Assembly (NCBI GenBank): GCA_027313705.1
Contig: DAHVDE010000105.1
Span: forward strand, 30,544-94,543
Source of the DNA: Actinomycetota bacterium
GTDB taxonomy: Bacteria > Actinomycetota > Actinomycetes > Streptosporangiales > Streptosporangiaceae
DNA length: 64,000 bases
Direction: 5' to 3'
In this document: positions 52,418-62,171 of the stretch, in pieces
Numbering within the stretch: position 1 is the first letter of the stretch
How the letters are laid out: every line of letters starts with the position of its first letter
Notes under the pieces: model-generated
Told to the model about the DNA's origin: nothing
The model's database searches: none
The model's input: the letters and a program-made list of their open reading frames with translations, nothing else
Made by a program: the position numbers and the translations under genes

Positions 52418-53865
52418 GTACGTTTCTCGGCCTGCCCACGGCTCCGGCCGGAGTCGGGCACTTGCGCGGGAGCGAGCCGTTCCCTGTCGCGGCGCGTAGG
52501 GCGCTTGCTGACACCCAGCTAAGGCGGAACCTGGCCAAGGCCACCAGCACGATCCGGGCCAAGCGGGCTCGGGTCGTGGCCGAACTGCCCGACTGGGAAG
52601 AACTGCGCGAGGCCGGCCGGGCCATCAAGGCGCACACCCTGGCGCACCTCGATACCTACCTGGAACAGCTTGAGAGCCAGGTCACCGCGCGCGGCGGCAC
52701 CGTGCACTGGGCACGGGACGCGCCCGAGGCCAACCGGATCGTCACCGGCCTGGTGCGATCGGCCATGGCCACCGAGGTTGTCAAGGTCAAGTCGATCACC
52801 ACCGATGAGATCGGGCTCAACGACGCGCTCGCCGCCGCCGGGATCAGCGCGGTGGAAACCGACCTGGCCGAGCTGATTGTGCAACTTGACCATGACCGGC
52901 CGTCGCACATCCTGGTGCCCGCGATCCACAAGAACAGGTCGGAGATCAGGGAGATTTTCCTGCGCGAGATGGCAGACGTCGATCCCGGCCTGACCGACGT
53001 GCCCGCCGCGCTGACCCAGGCCGCCAGGCAGCACTTGCGGCGCAAGTTCCTTTCGGCCAAGGTGGGCATCAGCGGCGCGAATTTCGCGGTTGCCGAGACG
53101 GGCACCTTGTGCGTGGTCGAGTCCGAGGGCAACGGCCGGATGTGCCTCACGCTGCCAGACACCCTGATCACCGTGATGGGTATCGAGAAGGTCATACCCC
53201 GCTGGGCCGATCTCGGGGTGTTCCTGCAACTGCTGCCCAGATCCGCTACCGGCGAGCGGATGAATCCTTACACGTCCATGTGGACCGGGGTGACCCCGGG
53301 CGACGGACCACAGGACTTCCACCTGGTGCTGCTCGACAACGGCAGGACGGCGGCACTCGCCGACCCGGATGGACGGCCCGCCTTGTCTTGCATCAGGTGC
53401 TCAGCCTGCCTGAACGTCTGCCCGGTTTACGAGCGGGTTGGCGGCCACGCCTACGGCTCTGTTTATCCTGGCCCGATCGGCGCGATCTTGTCGCCCCTGC
53501 TCACCGGCATTGAAGACAACGCGTCGCTGCCTTACGCGTCGTCGCTGTGCGGCGCCTGCTACGAGGCCTGCCCGGTCAAGATCGACATTCCGTCGATCCT
53601 GGTCGAGCAACGGGCCAGGCACGTGGAGGCGACTCACGGCCGCTCGGCAGAGGCGATCACGATGGCGGCAGCCGCCTGGGCAATGTCTGACCCAGCCAGG
53701 TTCGCCGCCGCGCAGCGCGGTGGCCAGCTAGGCAGGCTCCTGGCCAGGCACGGCGTGATCAGGCGGCTGCCATCACCGCTCAGCGGCTGGACAGCGGCGC
53801 GAGACGCGCCCGCGCCGCCGCGCGAGACGTTCAGGCAATGGTGGCGGCGCACGGGGCGGCCATGA
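52414..53865 (+). CDS. lutB: Lactate utilisation protein B, 4Fe-4S protein
   Basis: GTG 52414 overlaps the lutA stop (GTGA). Motifs are CIRCSACLNVCPVY and SLCGACYEACPVKIDIP, plus the LUD domain (ISGANFAVAETGTLCVVESEGNGR). Confidence 0.9.
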   Translation: MSTFLGLPTAPAGVGHLRGSEPFPVAARRALADTQLRRNLAKATSTIRAKRARVVAELPDWEELREAGRAIKAHTLAHLDTYLEQLESQVTARGGTVHWARDAPEANRIVTGLVRSAMATEVVKVKSITTDEIGLNDALAAAGISAVETDLAELIVQLDHDRPSHILVPAIHKNRSEIREIFLREMADVDPGLTDVPAALTQAARQHLRRKFLSAKVGISGANFAVAETGTLCVVESEGNGRMCLTLPDTLITVMGIEKVIPRWADLGVFLQLLPRSATGERMNPYTSMWTGVTPGDGPQDFHLVLLDNGRTAALADPDGRPALSCIRCSACLNVCPVYERVGGHAYGSVYPGPIGAILSPLLTGIEDNASLPYASSLCGACYEACPVKIDIPSILVEQRARHVEATHGRSAEAITMAAAAWAMSDPARFAAAQRGGQLGRLLARHGVIRRLPSPLSGWTAARDAPAPPRETFRQWWRRTGRP

Positions 53866-54548
53866 ACGCACGCGAGGAGGTCCTCGGCCGGATCAGGCGC
53901 GCTGCGGGTAACGGCCCTGCGCCGGCGACAGGCGCGGTACCGCGCGCCTACCGGTCGCGCGGCGACCTGCGCGGGTCACAGTTGCTTGACCTGCTCGCCG
54001 CCCGGCTGACCGACTACAAGTGCTCGGTAAGGCGCTGCTGGCCAGGCGAACTTGCCTCGGCCATCGCGGCCGCGATCCTTGACCGGGGGGCGAGGTCAAT
54101 CGTGCTGCCACCTGGCCTTGGCCTGCCGCTGCCCGACCCGGCCACGACTGGCGCGGACTTGACTCTGGTGGTCGACGACGGCTTCAGCGCGGAACATCTC
54201 GACAGATTCGACGGCGTGATCACGACGGCGACCGTCGCGATCGCGGAAACCGGGACGATCGCGCTCGACGGTTCCTCCGGCCAGGGCAGGCGCGCGCTCA
54301 CCCTCATCCCCGACTATCACCTGTGCGTAGTCTACGAGCATCAGATCGTCTGCCTGGTGCCTGAGGCCGTGGCCGCCCTGACGCCAGAGCGCCCGCTGAC
54401 CTGGATCAGCGGGCCTTCGGCGACCAGCGACATCGAACTCGACCGGGTCGAAGGCGTGCACGGGCCAAGGACACTCGAGATCATCCTGGTGGCGGCCGAC
54501 GGGCCAGCCCACGCGACGGAACGGGGCGAGCTATGCCAGTCGACATGA
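53862..54548 (+). CDS. lutC: Lactate utilisation protein C (LUD domain)
   Basis: ATG 53862 overlaps the lutB stop (ATGA). MNAREEVLGRIRRA...VAIAETGTIALDGSSGQGRRALTLIPDYHLCVV. Confidence 0.85.
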   Translation: MNAREEVLGRIRRAAGNGPAPATGAVPRAYRSRGDLRGSQLLDLLAARLTDYKCSVRRCWPGELASAIAAAILDRGARSIVLPPGLGLPLPDPATTGADLTLVVDDGFSAEHLDRFDGVITTATVAIAETGTIALDGSSGQGRRALTLIPDYHLCVVYEHQIVCLVPEAVAALTPERPLTWISGPSATSDIELDRVEGVHGPRTLEIILVAADGPAHATERGELCQST

Positions 54549-55351
54549 GCGAACTGCTCGGCGACCTCGCGGCGGAGACCGCTGATCTCAGCGATCTGGT
54601 GGCCGGACTCGACGCGGAAGGCTGGCTGACGCCGACGCCCGCTCCGGGCTGGACCATCGGGGATCAGGTCAGTCACCTCGCGTTCTTCGACGACGCGGCA
54701 GTGACTGCGGCACTCGAGCCAGAGCGGTTCACGACGGAACTCGCGGCCAGGTTCCTCGACGGCACGCTGACCACCGACGGCATCGCCGCCGAGCACAGAG
54801 ATGAGCCAGGCGCCCGGCTGCTCGCCTGGTTCGGCCGGTCGCGAAGCCGCCTGATCGAGGTCTTCGGCCAGCTTGACCAGGCCGTCAGGCTGCCGTGGTT
54901 CGGCCCGCCCATGAGCGCGCCTTCTGCCGTGACCGCGCGCATCATGGAGACCTGGGCACACGGCCAGGACATCGCCGATGGCCTTGGCGTTGCCAGGGTG
55001 CCGACTAACCGGCTGCGGCACGTCGCCCACCTGGCCGTGCGTGCCCTGCCTTATAGCTTCATGGTGCGCGGCCTGCCGGTGCCTGCCGAGCCGGTCAGGG
55101 TCGAGCTGACCTTGCCTGACGGCGAACTGGCCAGCTGGGGACCCGCGGCCGCCGAGAACCTGGTGACCGGCCACGCACTCGGCTTCTGCCTGCTTGCTGC
55201 CCGCCGCAGGCACCGGGCCGACACCGCCGTCACCGCCGCAGGACCAGTCGCCGCTAGCTGGCTTGAAATCGTCCAGGCTTTCGCCGGGCCGCCTGGCGAG
55301 GGCCGTCAGCCGGCCGGCGTCACCGGGCAGAACCCTGCGCCGGCTCGCTGA
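54533..55351 (+). CDS. Mycothiol-dependent maleylpyruvate-isomerase-like (DinB/TIGR03084-type) protein
   Basis: LLGDLAAETADLSDLVAGLDAEGWLTPTPAPGWTIGDQVSHLAFFD is the DinB-like N-terminal signature. 272 aa. The family name is recalled from memory. Confidence 0.7.
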   Translation: MPVDMSELLGDLAAETADLSDLVAGLDAEGWLTPTPAPGWTIGDQVSHLAFFDDAAVTAALEPERFTTELAARFLDGTLTTDGIAAEHRDEPGARLLAWFGRSRSRLIEVFGQLDQAVRLPWFGPPMSAPSAVTARIMETWAHGQDIADGLGVARVPTNRLRHVAHLAVRALPYSFMVRGLPVPAEPVRVELTLPDGELASWGPAAAENLVTGHALGFCLLAARRRHRADTAVTAAGPVAASWLEIVQAFAGPPGEGRQPAGVTGQNPAPAR

Positions 55352-55406
55352 CTCGCGGGATGTGACCTGATGGCAGGCTTACCGCAGCGGGCGGCGTTCG
55401 GGTGCG

Positions 55407-55547
55407 CTAGGCCGGCTTCACCCGCGCGCGCCGCCGGTGCTTCCAGCCTTCAGGCAGCAGCGTCTTCGGCAGCACCCGGTGGCGCCAATGGCTGGCGGGT
55501 GACCAGAGAACGCCGAGCGCTACCGCCTGATCGGACTGAACCTTCAT
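55407..55547 (-). CDS. Possible 46-aa basic small protein
   Basis: Below the track cutoff. GGGAGG lies 7 nt before ATG 55547. It reads MKVQSDQAVALGVLWSPASHWRHRVLPKTLLPEGWKHRRRARVKPA and ends at TAG 55407-55409. Third positions are GC-rich. I recognise no family. Confidence 0.25.
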   Translation of the reverse strand: MKVQSDQAVALGVLWSPASHWRHRVLPKTLLPEGWKHRRRARVKPA

Positions 55548-55759
55548 CTCGATGCCTCCCAGCTCGTCTGGTCTTCTTAACCGAATGACGAGAAAGTCAC
55601 CTCCTCATGACGCGAAAGGAGGCAAGATCTTTATTTATTTCATCAGACTGGACTCGCTGGCGGTGTTGATAGACAATGAAGACACCATTCAAGCCCAATG
55701 GCATAAATAGTGATCGTTCACTGGGTGAAGCGGCAGAAAGACACCAGCATAGGATAATA

Positions 55760-57394
55760 ATGGCAGACAATGACGCCGAGCTGATCAGGCGGGCCAGGCG
55801 CGGTGACGCGGCTGCCTACGGCGTGCTCTACCAGCGGCACGTCGATGCCGCCAGCCGGCTGGCCAGGCAATTGGCCAGTAACCGCGCGGACGCCGACGAC
55901 GTCGTGGCCGAGACCTTCGCGCGGGTGCTTAACGCGATGAGGAACGGCAACGGTCCTGACGAGGCGTTCAGGCCTTACCTGCTCACCGCCTTGCGCCGGA
56001 CGGTCATCGACCAGGTCCGCAGTCAGCACAGGCTGATTCCGACCGACGACTCGCACCTGCCAGACCCGGGCGAGACGTTCCCCGATCCGGTGATCGCCGA
56101 GCTTGACCGGTCGCTGATCGCGCAGGCGTTCAGGTCGCTGCCCGAGCGCTGGTCGGCGGTGCTCTGGCATACCGAGGTAGAGCAGGCCACCCCGGCCGAG
56201 GTGGCCCTGCTGCTCGGCATATCGGCGAACAGCGTCGCCGCGCTCCGCTACCGCGCCCGGGAAGGCCTGCGGCAGGCATACCTGCAGCTTCACCTTTCCG
56301 GCCGGGCGAAGGCCGGCTGCGAGCCGGTCGCGGCGAAGCTGGGCAGCTACGTCCGCGGCAAGGTTTCCCGGCGGCAGGCCCGCGAGCTCGAAGCTCATCT
56401 CCGGCGCTGCGCGGACTGCGCGGCGGCGTGCGCGGACCTTGCCGCGATCAACGCCGGGCTGCGCGGCGTGCTCGCCCCGGCGATCCTCGGCGCCGCGGCT
56501 GCGGGCTACCTGGCCAGCGCCGGGCCGGCGGTCGCAGCAGCGGCCAAGTCGGCAGCCGGCGGCCTGCACTCAGTCCTGGTCAACGTTCGCCAGGCGGCCG
56601 TCAGGGCGGCTAACCTCTTCGCGCACCGTCCGGCCGCCGGAATCACCGCGGCGGCGGCCGCCGCCTCGCTGGCCATTCCTGTGCTGACGCTGGTGCATCC
56701 GCCGCACAGGCACTTGGGCACGGTGCCGCCACTGCGGATCGCCCGCACCAGGGAAACGACTCCGACGCAGGGATCGCCACGCTCGCCGCACGCGGCAGGC
56801 GGCGGGAACCTGGCGTCAGCGCCCCGGCCGGCACCGTCCAAGATCCCGTCGCCCGCGCCGTCCAGGACCGGCCGGCCGCCGTCAAGCTCACCGACGCCCG
56901 GCCCGACCGCGAGCGCGACACCGACCGGTTCTCCGTCTGCGTCGAGTTCGCCAGGCCCGTCGGGTTCGCCAGGTCCGTCGGGCTCACCGACGCCTTCTGA
57001 CTCGCCGACGCCGAGAGGCACGGTCAAGGCAACGGCGAGACTCAAAGTCCGGGTCGCTCTGAGCGGAGTGCTTGACCTCGGCGTCACCGTCATGGTCAAG
57101 GTGGACGTCTCCGATCAGGGCAACGCGGGTACCGGGCCGCTGACCGCGAAGGTGACCTTACCCGCCGGAGTCGCGCTGCTCAGCCTGGCTACGTCGGCCT
57201 GGTCCTGTGGCACAGGCACGCCGATGACGTGCACGCACCAGGCGGTCGCCGCAGGCGCCGACGCGAATCTGTCGTTCAGCGTGCTCGTCGTCAACCTGTC
57301 CGGCTGCGGTGACTCCGTGGTCGCGACAGTCTCCAGCGGAAACCTGGCCGCGACCGGAACGTCAGGAAGGCAGGTTGCCTGCCCGCTGCTGTGA
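55760..57394 (+). CDS. ECF sigma factor fused to a zf-HC2 anti-sigma module, TM segment, Pro/Ser-rich linker and Ig-like C-terminal domain
   Basis: ATG 55760 gives MADNDAELIRRARRGDAAAYGVLYQRHVDAASRLARQL (sigma region 2), followed by region 4 (PERWSAVLWHTEVEQATPAEVALLLGISANSVAALRYRAREGLR). Next come HLRRCADCAAAC (H-x3-C-x2-C), the hydrophobic LAPAILGAAAAGYLA, and a linker with PSP/GSP repeats. The tail is beta-rich and contains Cys residues. Confidence 0.85.
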   Translation: MADNDAELIRRARRGDAAAYGVLYQRHVDAASRLARQLASNRADADDVVAETFARVLNAMRNGNGPDEAFRPYLLTALRRTVIDQVRSQHRLIPTDDSHLPDPGETFPDPVIAELDRSLIAQAFRSLPERWSAVLWHTEVEQATPAEVALLLGISANSVAALRYRAREGLRQAYLQLHLSGRAKAGCEPVAAKLGSYVRGKVSRRQARELEAHLRRCADCAAACADLAAINAGLRGVLAPAILGAAAAGYLASAGPAVAAAAKSAAGGLHSVLVNVRQAAVRAANLFAHRPAAGITAAAAAASLAIPVLTLVHPPHRHLGTVPPLRIARTRETTPTQGSPRSPHAAGGGNLASAPRPAPSKIPSPAPSRTGRPPSSSPTPGPTASATPTGSPSASSSPGPSGSPGPSGSPTPSDSPTPRGTVKATARLKVRVALSGVLDLGVTVMVKVDVSDQGNAGTGPLTAKVTLPAGVALLSLATSAWSCGTGTPMTCTHQAVAAGADANLSFSVLVVNLSGCGDSVVATVSSGNLAATGTSGRQVACPLL

Positions 57395-57396
57395 AG

Positions 57397-60300
57397 CTAC
57401 TTGATCTTGTACTCATAGGGGATGGCCACTAGCTGGTCGCCTGCGGCCTGACCGAATGGCGGCACGGCAGGCACATAGTCGTCCACGTACAAGTCGCCGC
57501 GTACCACAGTGCCTGCCGCTCCGTGCGGCCTGATCGTCACGGTGATGACTCCTGACCTGCCCGGCTGGATCGTGACCGGCTCGAACGGCGTCACCGGCGT
57601 GATGCTGTTCAGCCAGAGATCGCCGGTGCTGGCCGTCGCCGACTGGTCGAAGGGCTTGCCGATAGCGGTCAGGGTGAGGTCAACGTAGGCGCTAGGCGCA
57701 CCATGCGGGTATGGCCCGATCTGGTCGGGACCAGCCACCCAGTAGCCTGGCTGGACGTCCCCGCCCGGCTCGAAGGTGCTGGCGGCCCGGTCATTGGCCA
57801 TGGGCGCGCCGAACAAGTCGGGATCGCCCTGGCCTGGACCCCAGTCGAACTCGACGGGGACGGTTCCCTTGGCCCGCAGCGATACCTTCGATACCTGGGT
57901 CGGTATATACCATTCTGGCTGCACCTCGATCGGCAGCAGGAAGGTCGATCCCGTCTCCGGCCATACCTTGATCGGCTTGGACCCGGCCAGCCTCGGGTCG
58001 AGGAAATAGTCCTCAGGTGCCGCGCCGGTATTGGTGATCTTCACCTTGAACGTGACAGGGACCCGCGGCCTGAGCAGCAGGGACGAACTGTCCGGCAAGC
58101 CGGGGGCGGTGGCCTTGGCCGCATCAAGCCTGATGTCGCCGCTGAACGGCTGCGCGACCACGTCACCGGTGATCTGCCCGCTGAAGTCGACTTCCAGGGT
58201 CCAGGTCCCGGGCGCCGGGTCGAGCGCGTAAGCGGTGAGGGAGAGCCCGTTGCGGTTGGCTGCGGTGTTCTGGCCGAAGCCTTGCACCTGGCCGTCTGGC
58301 GCGATGAGGTAAGAGCCAACCTGCTCGGACTTGTCACGGCTCAGCGTGACGTTGGCCATGATGCTCCGGTGCCCGCGGCCGACCTGAAATTCGAAGTATG
58401 CCGCCTGGCCGATGCCAGGCGGCCTGCCGTTACCTCCCGTCAGCACCCCGCCGAAGGTCCCTCCGTCCGCCAGGTCAACCATTGACCGCAAGGTGACGGG
58501 AATCGACTGGCTCTCGGGCCCGGCATACCGGTCGGTGCCGCCGGCGCTTGACCGCACGACGACGGCCCCGGCCACGTCGCCCGCCCTGGCCGGTGCGCGC
58601 TCGGTGACGTCGAGCACTCTGGTGCTTCCTGGCGGAAGGAAAAAGGCGCGTGGAGTGACCGTGCCGAAACCGGTAAACCGCTGCGTCGCGACCCGCCAGG
58701 GAATGATGCCGTTCGTCCCGTATCCGGCCGCGGTAATGCCGAACACCACGCCGGTCCAGGTACCAGGGGCAGGCGCGCGCACGTCCACGTTGCCGTAATT
58801 GCTGGCCCCTTGCGGCAATGAGGCGGCCGCGAACCGGCCATGCGGATCGATCAGCGTCAGCCAGACCACCCCGTAGGGATCGAAGCCCACGGGACTGCGA
58901 TAGGCGATGGAGGCGTCGAGCCGGTTCGCGCCAGGACGCACGGTGAAATGGAAGGTCGCGTAATTCTCCGGATAGCCGGCTGCGTCGGTGAACTCCGGGC
59001 TCTTGCCGTCCTCGAGCTTGACCGTGCCGGTCTGCACGTGCTCGTCTGGGCCGAAGGTCCGCCCGGCCGCGGTCACGTACTGGGTGGCCGATCCGGTATT
59101 CAATACCTTTATCCGCCAGTTTTTCCTGGCGCCGGCCGGAGCCGTCGCGCTTAGCTCGCTGCGCGAGAACAGCAGGCTGTTGCCGACCGGTGCGGGCGCG
59201 CCTGCCGCCGTCTTGACCGACTCGGCCGCAAGCACGGCCTTGTAGGAGTTGAGCAGGCCCGCGCCTTGCTCGTCGGCGGGCAGGCCGAGGTCGGTGGCCG
59301 TGCTGGTCAGGATCTGCTTGACCAGCGCAGGCGCAGGCGTGGCTCCGGCGTGTGTCTTCCGGTAAGCCTGGATGACCAGCGCGGCGGCACCCGCCGTGAG
59401 CGGCGCCGACTCGCTCGTGCCACCACTAAGCTCGACCGGTGATGAGTGGCCGGTGAGGTTGACGCAGCCGGTGTAGATGGCCGCGTCCTTGCTGCACGAG
59501 GCGTAGCCCAGGTCGCCAGGCGCCACCAGGCTCACCGTACCGCCCTGCGCGGTGAAGCCCGCGGAACTTATCGCGCTCACGTTGTCGTCCAGCCAGCCGC
59601 TGGTCGCGAAGTAGCGCGCTGCCGCGAAGTTGGTCTGGGCGTAAAAGCCGAACGCAGTCGACGCGCCTACCGAGATGACGTTCGGGTCGCTGGCAGGCGA
59701 GGCGATCGTGTTGGTGCTGCCTGAGTCGCCCGCGGACACCGTGACGGTGGTGCCCGCCGCGACCGCGGCGTTGTTGAACTGGTCGAGCACGTCGAGCGAG
59801 GGATGGTCGGGCACCGGGTAGGCGCCGAAGGACTCGTTGAGCACATTGGCGTGATCGGTGAGCACCGCGTAGCTGATCGCCTCAAGGAAATTGGACTCAA
59901 GAGTCAGCTCGAAGGTACCGAAGACGTCAAGGCCGATCAGCGCGGCTCCGGGCGCCATGCCCCCGATCGTGATGTCACATGCTGACGGGGTGGCCTGAGC
60001 GGAGAAGTGACGCAGGCTGTAGACGTGACGCCCCTGGCCGGCGATCGAGTTCGCGTCAAGGAAGGCCTCGGCGCCGACGGTTTGCTGACCGGGTCCGTCG
60101 CCTGAGAAGTCCTGGTAGTCGCCGCCGAACGAGCGGTTGAACACCGACCGGCCATCTGGCCTGATGAAGTTCACGTTGCGCGGGTCGAGACCGTCAGCCA
60201 GGAACGCCACCCTGACCCCGGCGCCGGTGATGCCGAGCGACCTGGCCGTTTGCGCCCCGGGCTCGGCGGAGGCCGGGTTAGTGGTCAGCAACGCCTCAGG

Positions 60301-60795
60301 CTCCATCATGACCTTGCCGTTAGCCGGACAGGCGTGCGGTATCACGTGGGCCTTGAGGCCGTGATAGCGACCTGCCTGCGGTCGTGGCCCTGGCACAGGG
60401 GCGGGCAGCGGCGTGGCTGGCTGCCCGATTTCGACATCGGGCACCACCTCGGCGACCTGCGGACTGGCGAGCAGGCTCGCTTCCTGGGCTGAGGTGACCC
60501 TGGCGGCGAAGGCATTCACCAGACGGTAGGTCCTGATGTCAGCGGCACCGCCAGCCCTGAGCGCTTCGAGCAGTGGTGCCTGCAGGCCGGCGATCTTCGC
60601 CGACCTGGCCGCCGCGGCGGCCGAGCCAGGACGCCGCGGCGCTGGCTGGGTTCTCAGCACCACGATGACACGGTCGACGGCCTTCCCCGCGCTCGCTGCC
60701 CTGGCCACCGGCCACGGGCCAGCCAGCAGGGCGGCGACCAGCGCCAGCGCCGCCAGAGTGGACACAACCTTGCTTCGCGCGACGCCGCTCGCCAT
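57397..60795 (-). CDS. Secreted S8 (subtilisin-family) serine peptidase with large C-terminal beta-rich domains
   Basis: 1132 aa. It has a signal-like N-terminus, a propeptide-like segment (DRVIVVLRTQ), the Asp context GAGVRVAFLADGLDP, and the Ser context LSGGTSESAPLTAGAAALV. The stop is 2 nt from the convergent sigma gene stop. Confidence 0.9.
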   Translation of the reverse strand: MASGVARSKVVSTLAALALVAALLAGPWPVARAASAGKAVDRVIVVLRTQPAPRRPGSAAAAARSAKIAGLQAPLLEALRAGGAADIRTYRLVNAFAARVTSAQEASLLASPQVAEVVPDVEIGQPATPLPAPVPGPRPQAGRYHGLKAHVIPHACPANGKVMMEPEALLTTNPASAEPGAQTARSLGITGAGVRVAFLADGLDPRNVNFIRPDGRSVFNRSFGGDYQDFSGDGPGQQTVGAEAFLDANSIAGQGRHVYSLRHFSAQATPSACDITIGGMAPGAALIGLDVFGTFELTLESNFLEAISYAVLTDHANVLNESFGAYPVPDHPSLDVLDQFNNAAVAAGTTVTVSAGDSGSTNTIASPASDPNVISVGASTAFGFYAQTNFAAARYFATSGWLDDNVSAISSAGFTAQGGTVSLVAPGDLGYASCSKDAAIYTGCVNLTGHSSPVELSGGTSESAPLTAGAAALVIQAYRKTHAGATPAPALVKQILTSTATDLGLPADEQGAGLLNSYKAVLAAESVKTAAGAPAPVGNSLLFSRSELSATAPAGARKNWRIKVLNTGSATQYVTAAGRTFGPDEHVQTGTVKLEDGKSPEFTDAAGYPENYATFHFTVRPGANRLDASIAYRSPVGFDPYGVVWLTLIDPHGRFAAASLPQGASNYGNVDVRAPAPGTWTGVVFGITAAGYGTNGIIPWRVATQRFTGFGTVTPRAFFLPPGSTRVLDVTERAPARAGDVAGAVVVRSSAGGTDRYAGPESQSIPVTLRSMVDLADGGTFGGVLTGGNGRPPGIGQAAYFEFQVGRGHRSIMANVTLSRDKSEQVGSYLIAPDGQVQGFGQNTAANRNGLSLTAYALDPAPGTWTLEVDFSGQITGDVVAQPFSGDIRLDAAKATAPGLPDSSSLLLRPRVPVTFKVKITNTGAAPEDYFLDPRLAGSKPIKVWPETGSTFLLPIEVQPEWYIPTQVSKVSLRAKGTVPVEFDWGPGQGDPDLFGAPMANDRAASTFEPGGDVQPGYWVAGPDQIGPYPHGAPSAYVDLTLTAIGKPFDQSATASTGDLWLNSITPVTPFEPVTIQPGRSGVITVTIRPHGAAGTVVRGDLYVDDYVPAVPPFGQAAGDQLVAIPYEYKIK

Positions 60796-60864
60796 ACCGC
60801 CTCGCCATCGAATCGCCTTGCTTGCGAATTCAGCCTCGCACAGTAACGGCCGGACGTGAACCTG

Positions 60865-61287
60865 TCATTCTTCGGTCGAGCGGCGGAGTCGCTTGACCTT
60901 CGCGCGCCGCTGCTTGCTGGCAAGCCTCCGCTCGACCGACGCCTTTGTCGGCTTGGTCGGGCGCCTGCGGGGCGGCGGTGCCGCCGTCACCTGGGTCAGC
61001 AGCGCCGACAGCCTGGCTGCCGCAGCTTCCCTGTTCCGAAGCTGCGACCGGTATTCGGACGCCGTCACCGTTATCGCGCCGCCAGCAAGCCGGCTAGCAA
61101 GTCCGCTCAGCGCCCTTTCCTTCAGCGTCCAGGGCAGCGCATCGGAACCCGCAAGGTCATAGCTGAGCTCTACCCGCGTGTCCGCGGTGTTGACCGACTG
61201 CCCGCCAGGACCAGGCGACCGGGAGAAACGCCAGCTCAGCTCGTCGGGCGGGATGGTCGTGCCCCGAACGGTGACCTCAAGGCTCAT
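60865..61287 (-). CDS. arfB: Alternative ribosome-rescue factor ArfB (GGQ peptidyl-tRNA hydrolase)
   Basis: 140 aa with RSPGPGGQSVNTADTRVEL (GGQ motif) and a basic C-terminal tail (PPPRRRPTKPTKASVERRLASKQRRAKVKRLR). Confidence 0.85.
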   Translation of the reverse strand: MSLEVTVRGTTIPPDELSWRFSRSPGPGGQSVNTADTRVELSYDLAGSDALPWTLKERALSGLASRLAGGAITVTASEYRSQLRNREAAAARLSALLTQVTAAPPPRRRPTKPTKASVERRLASKQRRAKVKRLRRSTEE

Positions 61288-61578
61288 CGGAGGGCTTCCT
61301 CAGTTCTGCCGGGGCCGTCTGGCCTGCCGCTCTTTGGCCGTGCCCGGCCTGGCGCCGTCCCGGCCGGGGCGCGACACGCGGCGGACTAGGCTCGCCCCGC
61401 CGCAGTGCTTGCCGCGATTATTATTTCATGGCAGGCAGCCGGCCTTCGGCCGGCGCGAAACCGGTGCTTGACGACAAACCTCCCCGTCGATGGCATTGGC
61501 TGGCCTGTCATTGGGCATGACGCCTGGGACGTGGTGTGACTTCGCCGTCACACATGGTGATAGGGGGGGTGCACCCAC

Positions 61579-62016
61579 ATGCCGGGAACGCTGCAGTCAG
61601 AAAAGATCGGGCCGGTCGACGTGGCGGTCATCGCATTCAAAGGCCACGATCTCGACGCGAGCGTCGCTCCTGCTCTGAACGACCTTCAGTCAAGCGGGAC
61701 CGTGCAGGTCATCGACCTGGCCTTTGTGCGCAAGGACGCCGACGGCACTACATCGATCATGGAACTAGCGGACGACGGCGTGGCGTCCGACTTCGACCAG
61801 ATCATCGACTCACAGTTCGATCTGCTGAGCGAAGCCGACCTCACCGACATCGCGAACGGTCTCGAGCCGGCCTCCGCCGCGATGGTCGTGGTATGGGAGA
61901 ACAGCTGGGCGGCCAAATTCGCCTCCGCGATCGCCGAATGCCAGGGCCGGGTCGCCATGCTCGAACGGATTCCGCGCGAAAACGTAGAACGCGCCATCAC
62001 CGCCCTCGAGGACTAA
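61579..62016 (+). CDS. Conserved actinobacterial hypothetical protein (DUF6325-like)
   Basis: 145 aa with IGPVDVAVIAFKGHDLDASVAPALNDLQSSGTVQVIDLAFVRKDADGT... A G-rich SD precedes the ATG, and a 7-bp hairpin (GTGTGAC/GTCACAC) lies in the 5' leader. The family name is recalled from memory. Confidence 0.65.
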   Translation: MPGTLQSEKIGPVDVAVIAFKGHDLDASVAPALNDLQSSGTVQVIDLAFVRKDADGTTSIMELADDGVASDFDQIIDSQFDLLSEADLTDIANGLEPASAAMVVVWENSWAAKFASAIAECQGRVAMLERIPRENVERAITALED

Positions 62017-62145
62017 CCCCACCCAGCCCCCACAAGGCAGCTACCCCCCACGGGGCCACAACGTGGGCGCCATAGCACCCACTCCGCCACATCGTGGGAC
62101 CCAGCCACCCGGCAGCGGCGGTGGGCAAAGGGGTTAGCTGGGGGT
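62017..62145. repeat. Dispersed intergenic repeat, locus C
   Basis: gccacaacgtggg (62055-62067) and the variant gccacatcgtggg (62086-62098) sit in a C-rich left context (ccccacccagccccc...). They are followed by the G-rich tail ...ggcggtgggcaaaggggttagctggggg, paralleling loci A and B. Confidence 0.6.
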
Positions 62146-62171
62146 TCTGACTGGTATGCCAGAATGCTCCC

